From contig NC_092678.1 of the NCBI RefSeq assembly GCF_964355755.1, positions 17,358,714 to 17,422,713 of the forward strand: DNA of 64,000 nucleotides. The letters run 5' to 3'. The position numbers were made by a program, and so were the translations under genes. Below the pieces are notes generated by a model, which was given only the letters and a program-made list of their open reading frames with translations, did not search any database and was not told the DNA's origin. Below, piece after piece: positions 14,155-28,800 of the stretch. Origin of the DNA: Antedon mediterranea. Its lineage: Eukaryota; Animalia; Echinodermata. Within the stretch, counting starts at the first letter, position 1; every line of letters begins with the position of its first letter.

Positions 14155-14226
14155 AGTGCTGTCAATGATGTCAAACCATCAAACACATTGGCTGGTAATG
14201 TTGTTATTTGGTTATAGGACAACGAT
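14155..14226 (-). CDS. LRR exon (72 nt): SLSYNQITTLPANVFDGLTSLTAL
   Basis: ttttcag acceptor, GTGAGT donor, phase 2-2, LRR consensus. Confidence 0.9.
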
Positions 14227-14377
14227 CTGAAAACCGAGAAAAATGCAATACATAAGTTTAGTTTTGGATGAATATTCTGTCTTTGCAAAGGATAAAAAAT
14301 GAAATTATGTGACAATAAGTGTGGTTTTATTACAACGAAAATATACTATTTTCAAAAGTATTATAAACAAGTGAAAC

Positions 14378-14428
14378 ATTCGAACACATTTGCTGGTAAT
14401 TGTTGTTATTTGGTTATTGGCCAACCAC
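14378..14428 (-). pseudogene. Truncated LRR pseudo-exon with an extra 1-nt insertion
   Basis: Duplicate of 8170-8221. Confidence 0.75.
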
Positions 14429-17400
14429 CTGAAAATTGTGAAAAATGTAATAAATAATATATACAGTACCAAGGGATAGGATGATAAAACATTATATATT
14501 TTATATATAATTTAGAAAAACAAACAAAACATAACAATAAATATCTTATTGTGCTAGCAGAGGTCAAGTCCAATTAGGCGTGTCATTCCAGAAGTGAAAC
14601 CATTACAAGGTATATACAAGGACATACTAATACTTGTTTAATGTTACTTTAGCTCGTATTATCATGTTATTTGCATGTTTTAGCTGTTTTTCATTAACTT
14701 CTTCTACATGATATATAATTATGTTTTATCTATATTTTACTGTAATCATGTTGTACTTTGCATATCATATGATGACATAGATCAATATCTACGATACAAT
14801 ACAACAGTTAAATGACGATGATCCATGTGTTCTGCTATATTTTTACGTTTCGTTATGGCCGCCGATGGTGCTACAGTAACTGAATTAAATAGTCTTGAGT
14901 TCGCATAAACAATGCCAAAATAGAAAAACTCAAAAAGAGCAAAAAGAAAGATATTACATTTGAACGTATTACGCATGAAACAGACATATTTCATTGAAGT
15001 ATTAATTCCTAAAATAAAATAATTGTTTTATGAGGAAAAGAGTTAAACTGACGTTTTCATGAGAGGAAGATATATAATATTTGTTCCTCATGCAAAATAA
15101 GCTTATTACAACACTATTACACTAAAGCATAAAGTTACACTTAACTGTGCTTTAAAATAAACATAATTAAAAGCATTACACAGTATAGGCCTAATAGTTT
15201 ACCCGATAAAAATTTCTGATTTGTCCAAATTTCTTTTAAAAAAATCTGACAAATATAAACATGAAGAAATAAGAAACAATGTCGTTAATATACATCAGAC
15301 GTAAGAATAATGACATCAATTTTCGATAATCATAAGGACGAGTTTTCGAATGATTCTCTCATTTGTGCCCATGGAATTGATATTTCCTAAGTTCACCTAA
15401 CTACGGAGGATTAACGCTTTTATATTATGACTACATTAATCATAATGTTTAATGATGCTGTGTTATCGAATTGTCTATGTTACTGGAGAAATCGGGATAC
15501 AGTACCAATAATCAGGTGTGTTAGACCGGAATACGTTACTCCGGCTTAAAATGGAGGTCTTTGCTTCAACCACGTTCTGAAATGTGTCTGTAAGATTATG
15601 TTAGGCAAAAACAACACCTTGTATACCATAGCAGCCTGGTGTAGAGACCTATGTATTGCCTTCGCTAAATCCTTTCTTAAACTTGTTCCCACTTATACCT
15701 TCTAGAGGAATGTTATCCATAGATATAACCCTAATATACTGCTGATTGGATTCGTCATATTATAATTGTAACACAATGTGTCATAGAACTGTTCGTTATA
15801 CCATGGTAGTATGTGGTGCAATTAATTAAAGAATTATATGAGTTGTAAATAGTTTACACAAAGTGCAACACAGTGTGACGTATTATCTGCTACAATATCT
15901 AATGATTACACATTTTTAATAATTATGTAAATTCTCATTTAATAAAACATACCACTTATAATAACAAATTACCGTATTAAACGTACAAATCAAAGTATAA
16001 AAACAATAAGTATATAGTACCAACGGAAATTACGATAAAAAAATATCTATTTATTAATTTCGAATATACAAAAAAAAAAATAACAACAAACTATCTATAT
16101 TGTGCCAACAGAGGCCAAAAAGGCTTAGGTCCAATTAGGCGTGTCACTCTGACAGTGAAACAATTACAAGGTATAATTGATATAATACTAATGTTAATGT
16201 TACTTTATCTCGTATTATCATTTCATGTTTTTCATTAACTGTCTTTGCATGATTATAACAATGTTTTATCTAGATTGACTGTAATCATGTTGTACTTTCC
16301 ATATCATATGATTTCTAGACATAGATCAATATCTACGATACCGGTACAATACAACCGTTAAATGACGATGATCCATGTATTCTGCTATATTTTTATTTTT
16401 CATTATGGCCGCCGATGTTGCTACAGTAACTGAATTAAATACCGTAATCGCATAAACAATGTCAAAATAGAAAAACTCAAAAAGAGCAAAAAAAAAAAGA
16501 TATTACATTTGAACGTATTACACATGAAACAGACATATTTCATAGAAGTATTAATTCCTAAAACAAAATAATTGTTTTTATGTTTAACTCTATGCCTAAT
16601 AGAGTTAAACTGACGTTTTCATGAGATGAAGATATATACTATTTGTTCCACGTGCACAATAAGCTTATAAAACTATTGCAGATTATACGTGAATCGGACC
16701 GGTGACGAGTCGGTGACAAACCGAACGGATCATCCAGGAGTTCTGAAACGTCTGGCCAAGTGCGCTCTCTTTGCGCAGTATTATACGGAGGCGTGTCTAT
16801 TTTTGTTTTCGTATCTAATTTTGGCTTTAAAAACATGTCAGCCCAAAATAATCGCTACCCCTGGATCCGCCCCGTCGGAATATTGTCGATATAAAATGAT
16901 GGAGGTTCAGACGTTCTGTGGTACATTTAAATTGTATTATTTGTATTCCCTCTTTAAACTTCATCTTAATTTCAATATAATAATATCAATTAAGTAATAT
17001 TGTTTACTTAGAAGTGTGCCAGTTATTAAGCACTGAAGAAAACAAAATCAGAAAAATGTAAACACATGTTACCAGGTTTTTTTAAAACATTAATAAAGCT
17101 AAGTGTGTTAATTAATGAGATGTAAAGCACATTTTAGCATGAGGAAGTGAAAATATGGAGGGAAAGAAAACATAAAGTGTAGACACAGATATCACCTCAC
17201 AAGCAATCTATTGCTGACCCAGTGTGAAGCTAGAAATCAAGAGTTGTTCCTGCTCCCCAATTATTGTGGTCCCTTTATCTATAAAACTTGAAAAGCAGAA
17301 AAAAGAGGAGGAGGTGTATGTTTGTTTGTTGGCAGACTATAACGCTGGTTCAGATTTTAAGTTAAGTTTATCTTACGGACAGATAACGCTAATAATGTAC

Positions 17401-18843
17401 GTACCACAACATTAGGTAACCGATGCGCCCCCATTATGACACGTGTGAATAAAGAACAAGTGCTATTCCACTGTACGGAAGGATAGCTAACCGATGCCTC
17501 TCATAATAATATTATTTTTCATTCAATAACATATACTAATAATGATAATAATAATTTACTTTAAAACAAACGAAAGGTTGTAGTCAAGAGGCAGGAAACT
17601 GCAGGTGTTGTTTATTGCCTTTAGACATAAACAGGTACCACCGTACGAGAATCGGGTGTCCAACGGACGAGTACCATGTGTGTATATCGGGAACAAAGCT
17701 ATTATAAAGTGTACAGATTTTACAGACTATGTCTACGACACATAATATGTTGTATGACAAGAATTAATGAATATGAGTCCGATAATTGTACAGAGTATCA
17801 AACAACTACATGTGGATTATTAAACATTTTGACAAACATAGCGTTTCATACGTATAGTACGTGTACACACTTTATAGAAAACATTGAAACGCGACAACAG
17901 AAAAAAGACAATAACAGAGACTTGGGACAAGTCTATACAGTATTAATTTACAGTATTGAAAGTGATGAAGCAAAAGCAGAAAATGCACCTTGATCTATGG
18001 TAGTTATGGCATTATCGTTTAAATACCTACAGATATTGAAAAAAAAAAGACATTTCAAATTATTAATAATAATACTGTACAACAATACAATAAATAGACA
18101 ACCACTACATTTGTCTGCTATATTTCACAGTACAGTTATTTGTATTCAGCATTTCAGTGGGCGATTTAGACTTCGTCTGGCACTCGAAACAATGTCAAAT
18201 GAAAGGCAGACTAATATTGCCGAGAGGAGGTGCAAATCTGAGGGAGCGGAAAATATAAAGTGTACAATTCCAAACAGATATCACCTCAACTTTATTTATA
18301 AAACTTGAAAATCAGAAAAAAAGGGGAGAAGGTAGTGTATTATTTGTGGTTGTTGCCAGATGCCTAAACTCTAGAAAATGATAAATTAAGTTTATCTTAC
18401 GGACGGATAACGCTAATAATAACAATTATTAATTCATAGTTATGCTTTATAGCTTTTTGAGGTTTTTTTTCGTGCACTTAGAAGAACTTATTTAAAGTGC
18501 ATTTTAAGTATTGTTTTTCTTCTAGATTATTTCAGTCATCACAATAGTTAATGTTTGTTTTATTTGGAGGTTCAGACTTTAAACACAAAGTACAAATATA
18601 CAGTATAAAGTGCACTATGCTGTGTGAAATAAAACTGAAACTGAATGTACGTACCACCACATTAGGTAACCGATGCGCTCTCATTATGACGTTTTTTATA
18701 AGAGAAAGATACAAACCATGTGTTGCGCGTGCGAATAAAGAACAAGTGCAGCTATTCCACCGTACGGAGGGAAAGATAACCAATGCCTCTCATAATAACA
18801 TTATTTTTCATTTAATAATATTTACTAGTAATGGTAATAACAA

Positions 18844-19899
18844 CTAGATTTTAACTCGTCACTATGAACGAGTTAAGTTATCCGCAGCACAAACGCCACG
18901 TGCACGTCATACTTTAGAATATTGCGCACACAGAAAAACGATTATGCCATTTAAAAAATGTTAGTGTGCTCTCTATTTTGTGTCACGTCTAAGTATATAG
19001 AGTATACACTATATCTCTGTATACGTACTACATACAGTGCAGAATAGATGAAAATACCGGAACCCGCGTTTTCATCCAATTTTTACAATGATGATGATGA
19101 TACAATGTGATAGCAATTTTGCAAGGAAATTATCTGAGCAACAACGTATCAACGTGTTGAATAAATTTGGATACGTAGAATACGGAAACACGCTCTTTTA
19201 AATGTCATGAACTATGACGCAAAATATGAAATTAATTAAAATTAATTATAATTGAACTGGCCATATGATGACGTCACAACATTCGATTCGCATAATTTGT
19301 ACATGAATTCCTATCTACAATTCAACAGCTTCCAGAAAACGTTTTAATCATGAGTATCACTTTTTATTCTGAGGAGCTATAATAAATTTAAATTTATTGG
19401 AATGATGAAAAAAAGTGACCAAAGTTATTCACGCTTTTGAACATGATGAAGTCATCACAATTTTAAAAGTGGTAAATCATGCGAAAGATAATTGATTGAC
19501 CTAAACAATATAAACATATGGGGGAAAATGGAATATGGATAACTGGAGATGCGCTCTATTAAATGTCATGAGCTATGACAAAAGAGACAAAAATCCTATA
19601 TTTTATATTCGAGTGGCCATACGATGACGTCACAATGTCTAGTTAGCCATATTGATACATGATCCGATATCAATAACTCATATACTTCCAGAATATGTAA
19701 AAAAAAAACTTCACCATGTAGTTTAGAAACTATGACTGTTTTAAAAAAGGCATAATTTTGACGATTTTTTTTTACTTTTTCATCAAAAACGGGCGCAAAT
19801 TGTCCAATTCGACGTGCTCGTATGACGTGATTTTAATTCGAAATTGTTTGAAAGCTGTTAAAATTACTAGAAAAGGCTGAAAAAACATAAATCACTTGA
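18844..19899 (-). mobile_element. Non-autonomous Helitron/Helentron-like element, copy 2 (co-duplicated with host)
   Basis: Highly similar to 12968-14006 with the same flanks. Confidence 0.55.
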
Positions 19900-20046
19900 A
19901 AAAAATAACATTTACTAATAATGATAATAATATTTATACGAATAGGGCAAAGGGTAAAAAATAAAATGATGTGACAATAAGTGTGGTTATATTACAACGA
20001 AAATATACTACTTTCAAAAGTATGATAAACAAGAGCAAACACTCAC

Positions 20047-20118
20047 AGTTCTGTCAATGATGTCAAACCTTCAAACACATTCTCTGTTAATGTAGTTATT
20101 TGGTTATGGTTTAACCAC
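20047..20118 (-). CDS. LRR exon (72 nt): WLNHNQITTLTENVFEGLTSLTEL
   Basis: gttttcag acceptor, GTGAGT donor, phase 2-2, LRR consensus. Confidence 0.9.
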
Positions 20119-22559
20119 CTGAAAACAGTGAAAAAATGCAATAAATAAGTACAGTATATATATAGTACCAAAGAATAGTAAGATAAAAATTATCTATTTT
20201 ATTAATTTAGAAATACTTTCCATATCATATGATTTCTGGATGTAGATCAATATCTAATGCATTAAATAAGTATATATACAGTACCAAAGGATAGTACGAT
20301 AACAAAAAATATTTTTTAAATTTCGAAATACAAACAAAATATAACAACATATATCTATATTGTGCCAACAGAGGTCATAAACGGCTTATGTCTAATTAGG
20401 CGTGTCACTCCAGCAGTGAAACCATTACAGGGTATATACAAGGACATAATAATATTTGTTTAATGTTACTTCAGCTCGTATTATCATTAGTTGCATGTTT
20501 TAGCTGTTTTTCTTTAACTGCTTTTACATGATATAACTATGTTTTATCTGGAATTACTTTAATCATGTTGTACGTTCCATATCATATGATGACATAGATC
20601 AATATCTACGATACAATACAACCGTTTAATGCCTATGATCCATGTGTTCTGCTATATTTTTACGTTTGGTTATGGCCGTCGATGGTGCTACAGTAACTGA
20701 ATTAAATAGTCTTGTTCGCAAACAATGCCAAAATAGAAAAACTCAAAAGGAGCAAAAAGAAAGATATTACATTTGATCGTATTACGCATGAAACAGACAT
20801 ATTTCATTGAAGTATTAATTCCTAAAATAAAATAATTGTTTTTATGAGAAAAAGAGTTAAACTGACGTTTTCATGAGAGGAAAATATACAATATTTGTTC
20901 CTCGTGCACAATAAGCATATTACAACACTATTACACTAAAGCATAAAGTTACACTTAACTGTGCCTTAATACCGTTTAATAGTTCACCCGATACAACATT
21001 CTGATTTGTCCAAATTAAAAAAAAAAATCTGACAAATATAAACATGAAGAAATAAAAAGCAATGTCATTAATATCAGACTTATGAATAATGACATCAAAT
21101 TTCGATAATCATAAGGACGAGTTCTCGAATGATTCTCTCTTTGTGCCGATGGAATTGATATTTCCTAAGTTCACCTAACTACGGAGGAATAACGCTGTTC
21201 ATGTACGTACCACACTACATTAGATAACAGATGCCTCACATAATTACGTTTTCATGAGAGGAAGATATATCACATTTGTTCCGTGTTAACAATAAGCTTA
21301 TTACAACACTATTGCAAATCATATATGAAATGATACAATATGTCATAGTTCACTACTGTAGTGGAGTTTTAACGCAAACGTATACGTACCACCACACTAT
21401 ATAGATAACAAATGGCTCTTATAATGACGTTTTCTTAGAGGAAGATATATAACATTTGTTCCGCGTGCAAAATAAGCTTATAACGCTATTGTAGATTATT
21501 CGTGAATCGAAACAATTATGTTCAGTGTGCCTATTCCTTCTTGTTTTACTGTGGACAACCGCATAGAGAAACTTTAACATTTAACGCCATGCATCTGGAT
21601 TGTCTGTGATTTTAAAGGATGTCAATGCTATCTCCACATATGACAATTATTTCAATTTTGTAATACAGAATCTCAAATGTATCACATGTGGTTCTTGTAT
21701 CATTAGGTTAAGAATAAACATTTAAAATAATTATATAATTTCTCATTTAATAAAACATACCAGTTATACAACAAACTACGTACAGGAGCTCGAGCTTGTG
21801 TTAAATTAGTACATATGTTCTATCATTTATATTAAGAATACATTAATCATAATGTTTAATGATGCTGTATTATCAAATTTTAATGTTACTGGAGAAATCG
21901 AGATACAATACCGATAATCGGGTGTGTTAGACCAGAATACGTTACTCCTGCTTAAAATGGAGGCCTTTCCTTTAACCACGTTCTGAAATGTGCCTGAAAG
22001 ATTAGGCAAAAGCAACACCTTTTATACCATAGCAGCCTGGTGTAGAGACCTATGTATTGCCTTCGCTAAATCCTTTCTTAAACTTGTTCCAACTTATACC
22101 TTCTAGAGGAATGTTATCCATATATATAACCCTAATATACTGCTGATTAGATTCGTCATTTTATAATTGTAACACAATGTGTCATAAGAACTGTTCGTTA
22201 TACCATGGTAGTATGTGGTGCAATTAATTAAAGAATTATATGATTTGTAAATATTTTAGACAAAGTTCAACACAGTGTGACGTATTATCTGCTACAATAT
22301 CTAATGATTACACATTTTTAATAATTATGTAATTTCTCATTTAATAAAATATACCACTTATAATAGCAAATTACCGTATTAAACGTACAAATCAAAGTAT
22401 AAAAACAATAAGTATATACAGTACCAACGGAACTTAATTATTCTTACCAAGAAATAATACTTTAAGAACAATATTCTTACCAAGAATTTAATTGCTTTTT
22501 TCATTCTTGTTTTAAGCAGTATCTGCCTTAAAATAAGTAACAATTTATCGATTTTTTAA

Positions 22560-23810
22560 AATAGAATTCTTGTTTAAAGCAATATTTTTCTTAAAATAAG
22601 TAAGAATATTCCGATTTGTATTTTTTTGAATTCTTGTTTCAAGCAATATATTTCTTAAAATAAGTAAGAATATTCCGATTTGTATTTTATAGAATTCTTG
22701 TTTCAAGCAATATATTTCTTAAAATAAGTAAGAATATTCCGATTTGTATTTTTTTGAATTCTTGTTTCAAGCAAGATATTTCCTAAAATAAGTAAGAATA
22801 TTCCGATTTGTATTTTATAGAATTCTTGTTTCAAGCAATATATTTCTTAAAATAAGTAAGAATATTCCGATTTGTATTTTTTTGAATTCTTGTTTCAAGC
22901 AAGATATTTCTTAAAATAAGTAAGAATATTCCGATTTTTATTTTTTGAATTCTTGTTTCAAGCAATATTTTTCTTAAAATAAGTAAGAATATTCCGATTT
23001 GTATTTTTTGAATTCTTGTTTCAAGCAATATTTTTCTTAAAATAAGTAAGAATATTCCGATTTGTATTTTTTGAATTCTTGTTTCAAGCAATTTTTTTCT
23101 TAAAATAAGTAAGAATATTCCGATTTGTATTTTTTGAATTCTTGTTTCAAGCAAAATATTTCTTAAAATAAGTAAGAATATTCCGATTTTTATTTGTAGA
23201 ATTCTTGTTTCAAGCAATATTTTTCTTAAAATAAGTAATACAGGGTATTCCGATTTGTATTTTTTAGAATTCTTGTTTTAAGCAATATTTTTCTTAAAAT
23301 AAGTAAGAATATTCCGATTTTTAATTTTAATATTCTTGTTTCAAGCAATATATTTCTTAAAATAAGTAAGAATATTCCGATTTGTATTTTTTGAATTCTT
23401 GTTTCAAGCAATATTTTTCTTAAAATAAGTAAGAATATTCCGATTTGTATTTTTTGAATTCTTGTTTCAAGCAATATTTTTCTTAAAATAAGTAAGAATA
23501 TTCCGATTTGTATTTTTTGAATTCTTGTTTCAAGCAATATGTTTCTTAAAATAAGTAAGAATATTCCGATTTTTATTTGTAGAATTCTTGTTTCAAGCAA
23601 TATTTTTCTTAAAATAAGTAAGAATATTCCGGTTTGTATTTTTTAGAATTCTTGTTTTAAGCAATATTTTTCTTAAAATAAGTAAGAATATTCCGATTTA
23701 TATTTTTAGTTTTCTTGTTTCAAGCAATATATTTCTTAAAATAAGTAACAATATTCCGATTTTTATTTGTAGAATTCTTGTTTCAAGCAAAACTTTTTTT
23801 TAAAATAAAT
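22560..23810. repeat. ~63-64-bp tandem array (~19 units)
   Basis: Unit TTCTTGTTTCAAGCAATATTTTTCTTAAAATAAGTAAGAATATTCCGATTTGTATTTTTTGAA. Confidence 0.95.
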
Positions 23811-24249
23811 AAACAAGAAGTCTATCAAATAAAAACCAGTAAATGTTTACTTATTTTAAGAAAAGTATTGCTTGAAACAAGAATTCTATCAAATTAAAAT
23901 TCGTAAATTCTTACTTATATTGCGAAAAAAATTGCTTGAAACAAGAATTCTATAAAATATAAATCACTAAAAATTTATTTTAAGAACGATAAATAAATTC
24001 TCATTTTAAGTAATATTTTACTTAAACAAATAAATTCAAGAATGTTATAAAACATAATATTAACAATACTGTTATTTTCATTAAGAACTACAATTTACAT
24101 GACATTAGGTACAATAATATATACAACTTCTTTAAAACAAACTTGTTTTTATTAATAATAAAATGCCATCAAAAGAAAACTTAAAAACATTAAAATGGTA
24201 AAATACAAATTTCGTAAAATTCTTCTCCCGCACATGGGCTTTAAACTAT

Positions 24250-25921
24250 TAGGTGTCTTTAAATTTATTAATGTATACTAATGATGATTCAACAGCCTTT
24301 GTTAAGTGTACAGGTGTGTTTTCATCACAAATCACTAACTGTTAAAGGATAGTGAGGCCTACTTCTTTTCATTTTGGATAATCGAAATCCAGAAGGTAAA
24401 AAGTGGAGAGGAGAGTAACTAGAGCCTCATCTAATTTTGCTTTCTTTGTAGTTAGAATTGTTTGCTAAACTTTAATGTAGGCCATTTCTGTGTCCAAAAG
24501 CAATACCGGCATATTACCTGATCGGCGTGAAGACCAGGATTCTGGATCTTTATTCATGTTCCTAAAAATGAAAAGAGATTAATATAGTTTTAGTTATTAC
24601 TGTATTTAAAATATGTGTAACATCATCAACTAATTGGGTACGGTGTGGTTTTAGAGTCCTATATCTGGGGCGGTAAACACAAAAACATGACGCAATATTA
24701 GAACGGTGGTAAGAATAATTTTACATTATAAGACATAAGGGTGGGTGGAATATGCATTTGAACTTTTTAATCACAAACTTTGCCCTGTTTATACCGATCC
24801 CAAAGACAGGCCTGGCTGTATCTATTATTTTTAGTTAAATTATTAGGGTCTAAATTTATTTTTAATATTACTATTTAGGAAGACAATACGCAAAACGGTG
24901 CTCAATCCTGATTGATGTTTTTATTCTGTATCAATGTTTATAATAACAATCATACAATTAAATGTAAATTTTGTTTAATTGTTTGATTTTAATAAATTAT
25001 TGTAAACATAGTATATACCTCGAATTTTAAGCTAAGATAAATTTGATTTTAAAAAAACACTTTAAGATATTTTTTTTAATGTACTTAATGTTACTTGTAT
25101 TTTAAATTTTAAAAAACACTAAATACCTTCAAGGTCGGCAGACTTTTTTTGATGAGTTTTTCCCAACAAATATGTTTGACAGATTTGACAACATATGGGT
25201 TATCTTTGAACCTAAACAAAAATAACAAATTGAAAACATTATATTATATAAATTTATTTAAATGAGTGGAATAATGTATGGACATAAACTTGATATACTG
25301 TAGCTCAAATTTTTAATAATGTAGCCTACAGTTTTGTAGGTGGTCAATGTAAAAGGAAGGGGAAAGGGTGGGCTGGCCAGGAGAGCATTAATATGTTTGT
25401 TTTTTTAGTATGTTTTTTTAAAAATTTAGAGTTAAAAACATTAAGTTTCAATATCGATGTGATCACTTCGGGGATTACTTAGTGTGTACAATTAATTAAA
25501 TATAAAGAAGTGTTTTTAAATGTCATTATATTTCTCATTGGAATATGTGTATATAATATAATCCTTCGTAGATATTTCATGGCTACATTACAAAATAACT
25601 GTTACATTATAATTGTATTATCTATTATTAGGCCTTCCTTATACCTAGCTGAAATAGGTCCGACAATATTTGTCCCCTCTGTCAATGTCTGAACTAAAAT
25701 GCTAAGCTAAACCTATACACCTGTCCGTCAGTACAGGCATAGTAGGCTAGCCTAGACCTACTAGTTCCAGGCCTACAGTATTACTAACTAGGAAGGAGCC
25801 TAGGCTAGGCCTAGACTGCTGGCAGATTAAAATATAATTATTAGGCCTACGAACCTGTTAAAATGTTGGCCACTTCTTCATCTATTTCTCGGATCTTCAA
25901 CAAAGCGTCTTCTTTCGACAT
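24250..25921 (-). pseudogene. Spliced EnSpm accessory (SAMD3-like C-terminus) gene remnant
   Basis: Exons MSKEDALLKIREIDEEVANILT (25854-25921), ~25127-25211, and a last exon ...LDEALVTLLSTFYLLDFDYPK*...L*QLV with stops. The F.L.YP motif is typical of this family. Confidence 0.55.
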
Positions 25922-26249
25922 TATATTAGACTAATCTTACTAGGCCTATTGAAGCATTTAATATATAAATTGCGATGAAAGGTGTCTTTTACTTACAAAC
26001 TCTAGATTTTGGATGATTACTTTAAAAAACCGTTGGCCATGATCCCGCCGGGAGCTAGGTCATCGACCACACACAGTGTTGTTTTTTAACTACAGTATAA
26101 CCAAAAATTTATCGCTGGCCTTTTACCCAGAATGTATAAGGTCATTATACTGCTCAACGTTAAAGCATGGCGGTATAAACCTCCATGGTGGTTAAAGCAA
26201 ATCTATAAAACGTCTGGACCAACAGTAATACGACAGACAATAATAATGA

Positions 26250-27250
26250 CACATGTTTGTTGCAGTCCGAAAAAAAGCGATAAGTTGGTGCCAGTAAACT
26301 GAAGTAGGTACAGTATTTGCTACCCTATTTGCTAAGGCATTATAATTCAATTCATGGAAATACTCCGAATTTTCGAGTAACATGTGGAATTGGTGGTTCG
26401 CTGCCCGGCAAGCTTTGGAATTTACAATTCGTTTTACAAGCATGTCATAAGACGCCATTTTAAGGACGAGTATAACAATCGGCAACCTCCTGCAGTTGAC
26501 GATGGAAACATCAGTATATAAGTATGCCTGGAGAAAACGAGGATGCCAATTGAGGATGAAGTAGAACTAGACCTAGACTAGGAGACTGACGAAGTTAATG
26601 AAGAAAAAAACTATTATAACGGGGATGATTTATCAACTGACGATAGTAGTAGTGATAATTCTAGTATTGTTATACTGTTAATGATTGTTTAATATTAATT
26701 ATCTTGTTGATGCTCAGCAAGAAGGCCTACTAACTAGAGGATGAACAAGCAGATAATAGTATAAAAAATGCTGATTTCTTTCTACTAAAATTAAAGGAGA
26801 GAAACAAGATTCCACAGGTAAGCCATTTTGCTTTAAAATTACAACAATTATGCATTTTAAACTATTTTTTATTAGAGAAATACGTCTATTTCCTAGGCCT
26901 TGCTGGTACTGTTATTATACAGGACTATTAGCTATAGTAACTATAGGACTTGGGTACTAGGCCTAGGCCTAGGCATTATACACTCTAAGTTTATGTTGCA
27001 TTTTTTTGTGACCAATTTCATTGTTACAAATAACATTTTTTTTGTTAGGCTGCATAGCTCCCCAACTAAAGCACAACTTAGTTTTTATTTTTAAACATAT
27101 TAAAACTTGAATATAAAAAATATTAAATCAATATTATTTTCTTTAGGTTGCAGTGCAATCGATTATTCAAAGCACAAACAGTTTGATTACCCAGATTCTT
27201 TCATCAGTTGAAACTGAAGTGCTAACTGCTCTACCGTTGTGTGAATATAA
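26250..27250 (+). pseudogene. EnSpm-like transposase N-terminal remnant (C2H2 zinc finger)
   Basis: LRHYNSIHGNTPNFRVTCGIGG/CPASFGIYNSFYKHVIRRH, then FLLKLKERNKIPQ|intron|VAVQSIIQSTNSL; frameshifted; catalytic core deleted. Confidence 0.6.
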
Positions 27251-27259
27251 GGATGACAA

Positions 27260-28800
27260 TCTATTTTAAGTAAACCATTTCTCAAAATAAGTATTTTTCA
27301 GAATATTAAAATAGAATTGACCTCAATTCAAGCAAAAATAGTCTTGATAGGATATAGTATGATATTGACTTCTTATCTTAAGTAAAACATTTCTCAAAAT
27401 AAGTATTTTTAAAAATATTGCGAATCTCAATTTAAGCAAAAATAGTCTTGATAAGATAGTATGATATTGACTTCTTATTTTAAGTAAAACATTTCTCAAA
27501 ATAAGTATTTTAAAGAATATTGCGAATCTTGATTCAAGTAAAAATAGTCTTGATAAGATAGTATGATATTGACTTCTTATTTTAAGTAAAACATTTCTCA
27601 AAATCAGAATATTGCGAATCTGAATTCAAGCAAAAATAGTCTTGATAGGATAGTATGATATTGACTTCTTATTTTAAGTAAAACATTTTTCAAAATAAGT
27701 ATTTTTTAAAATATTGCGAATCTCAATTTAAGCAAAAATAGTCTTGATAAGATAGTATGATATTGACTTCTTATTTTAAGTAAAACATTTCTCGAAATAA
27801 GTATTTTTAAGAATATTTCGAATCTTGATTCAAGTAAAAATAGTCTTGATAAGATAGTATGATATTGACTTCTTATTTTAAGTAAAACATTTCTCAAATT
27901 AAGTATTTTTAAAAATATTGCGAATCTCAATTTAAGCAAAAATAGTCTTGATAAGATAGTATGATATTGACTTCTTATTTTAAGTAAAACATTTCTCAAA
28001 ATAAGTATTTTTAAGAATATTGCGAAACCTAATTTAAGAAACTTTGTCTTACCTAAAAAAATATTTATTGTTTTAAGTAATTTTTAGAATTCATCAATCT
28101 TGATTTAAGAAAAATTATTCTTGATAGGGATAAATATAATATTGATTTCTTATTTTAAGTAAAATACTTTTCAAATTAAGTATTTTCAAATCTTGTTTTA
28201 AGCAAAACTATTCTTAATAAGAAGAGAATGATATTGACTTCTTATTTTAAGTAAAATATTTCTTGTAATAAGCATTTTCAAGAATATTGCGAATCTTGAT
28301 TCAAGTAAAAATAATCTTGATAAGGGTAGTGTGAAATTGACTTCTTATTTTAAGTAAAATATTTCTCAAAACAAGTATTTTCAAGACTATTGCGAAACCT
28401 AATTTAAGAAACTTTGTCTTACCTAGAAAAATATTGATTGTTTTAAGTAATTTTTATAATTCATCAATCTTGATTTAAGAAAAATTATTCTTGATAGGGA
28501 TAAATATAATATAGATTTCTTATTTTAAGTAAAATACTTTTCAAATTAAGTATTTTCAAATCTTGTTTTAAGCAAAACTATTCTTAATAAGAAGAGAATG
28601 ATATTGACTTCTTATTTTAAGTAAAATATTTCTTGTAATAAGCATTTTCAAGAATATTGCAAAACTTAATTTAAGAAAATGTGTCTTTTCTAGAAAATGA
28701 TTTCTTGTTTTAAGTAATTTTAAATCTTGACAAGAAAAAAAATACTTATTTTAAGAATTTTTTCTTAAAACAAGATTTTTTTTTCTTGCTTAGAATTTCA
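27260..28800. repeat. ~102-bp tandem array grading into degenerate units
   Basis: CTTATTTTAAGTAAAACATTTCTCAAAATAAG recurs every 102 nt. It shares the CTTAAAATAAG motif, inverted, with the left array. Confidence 0.9.

Noticed and set aside
14152-14179. CACAGTG at the LRR exon edge as a V(D)J RSS heptamer
   Set aside because: It arises from the GTGAG donor plus the last codons, points into the exon, lacks a convincing nonamer at 12 or 23 nt, and is not conserved in other exons.
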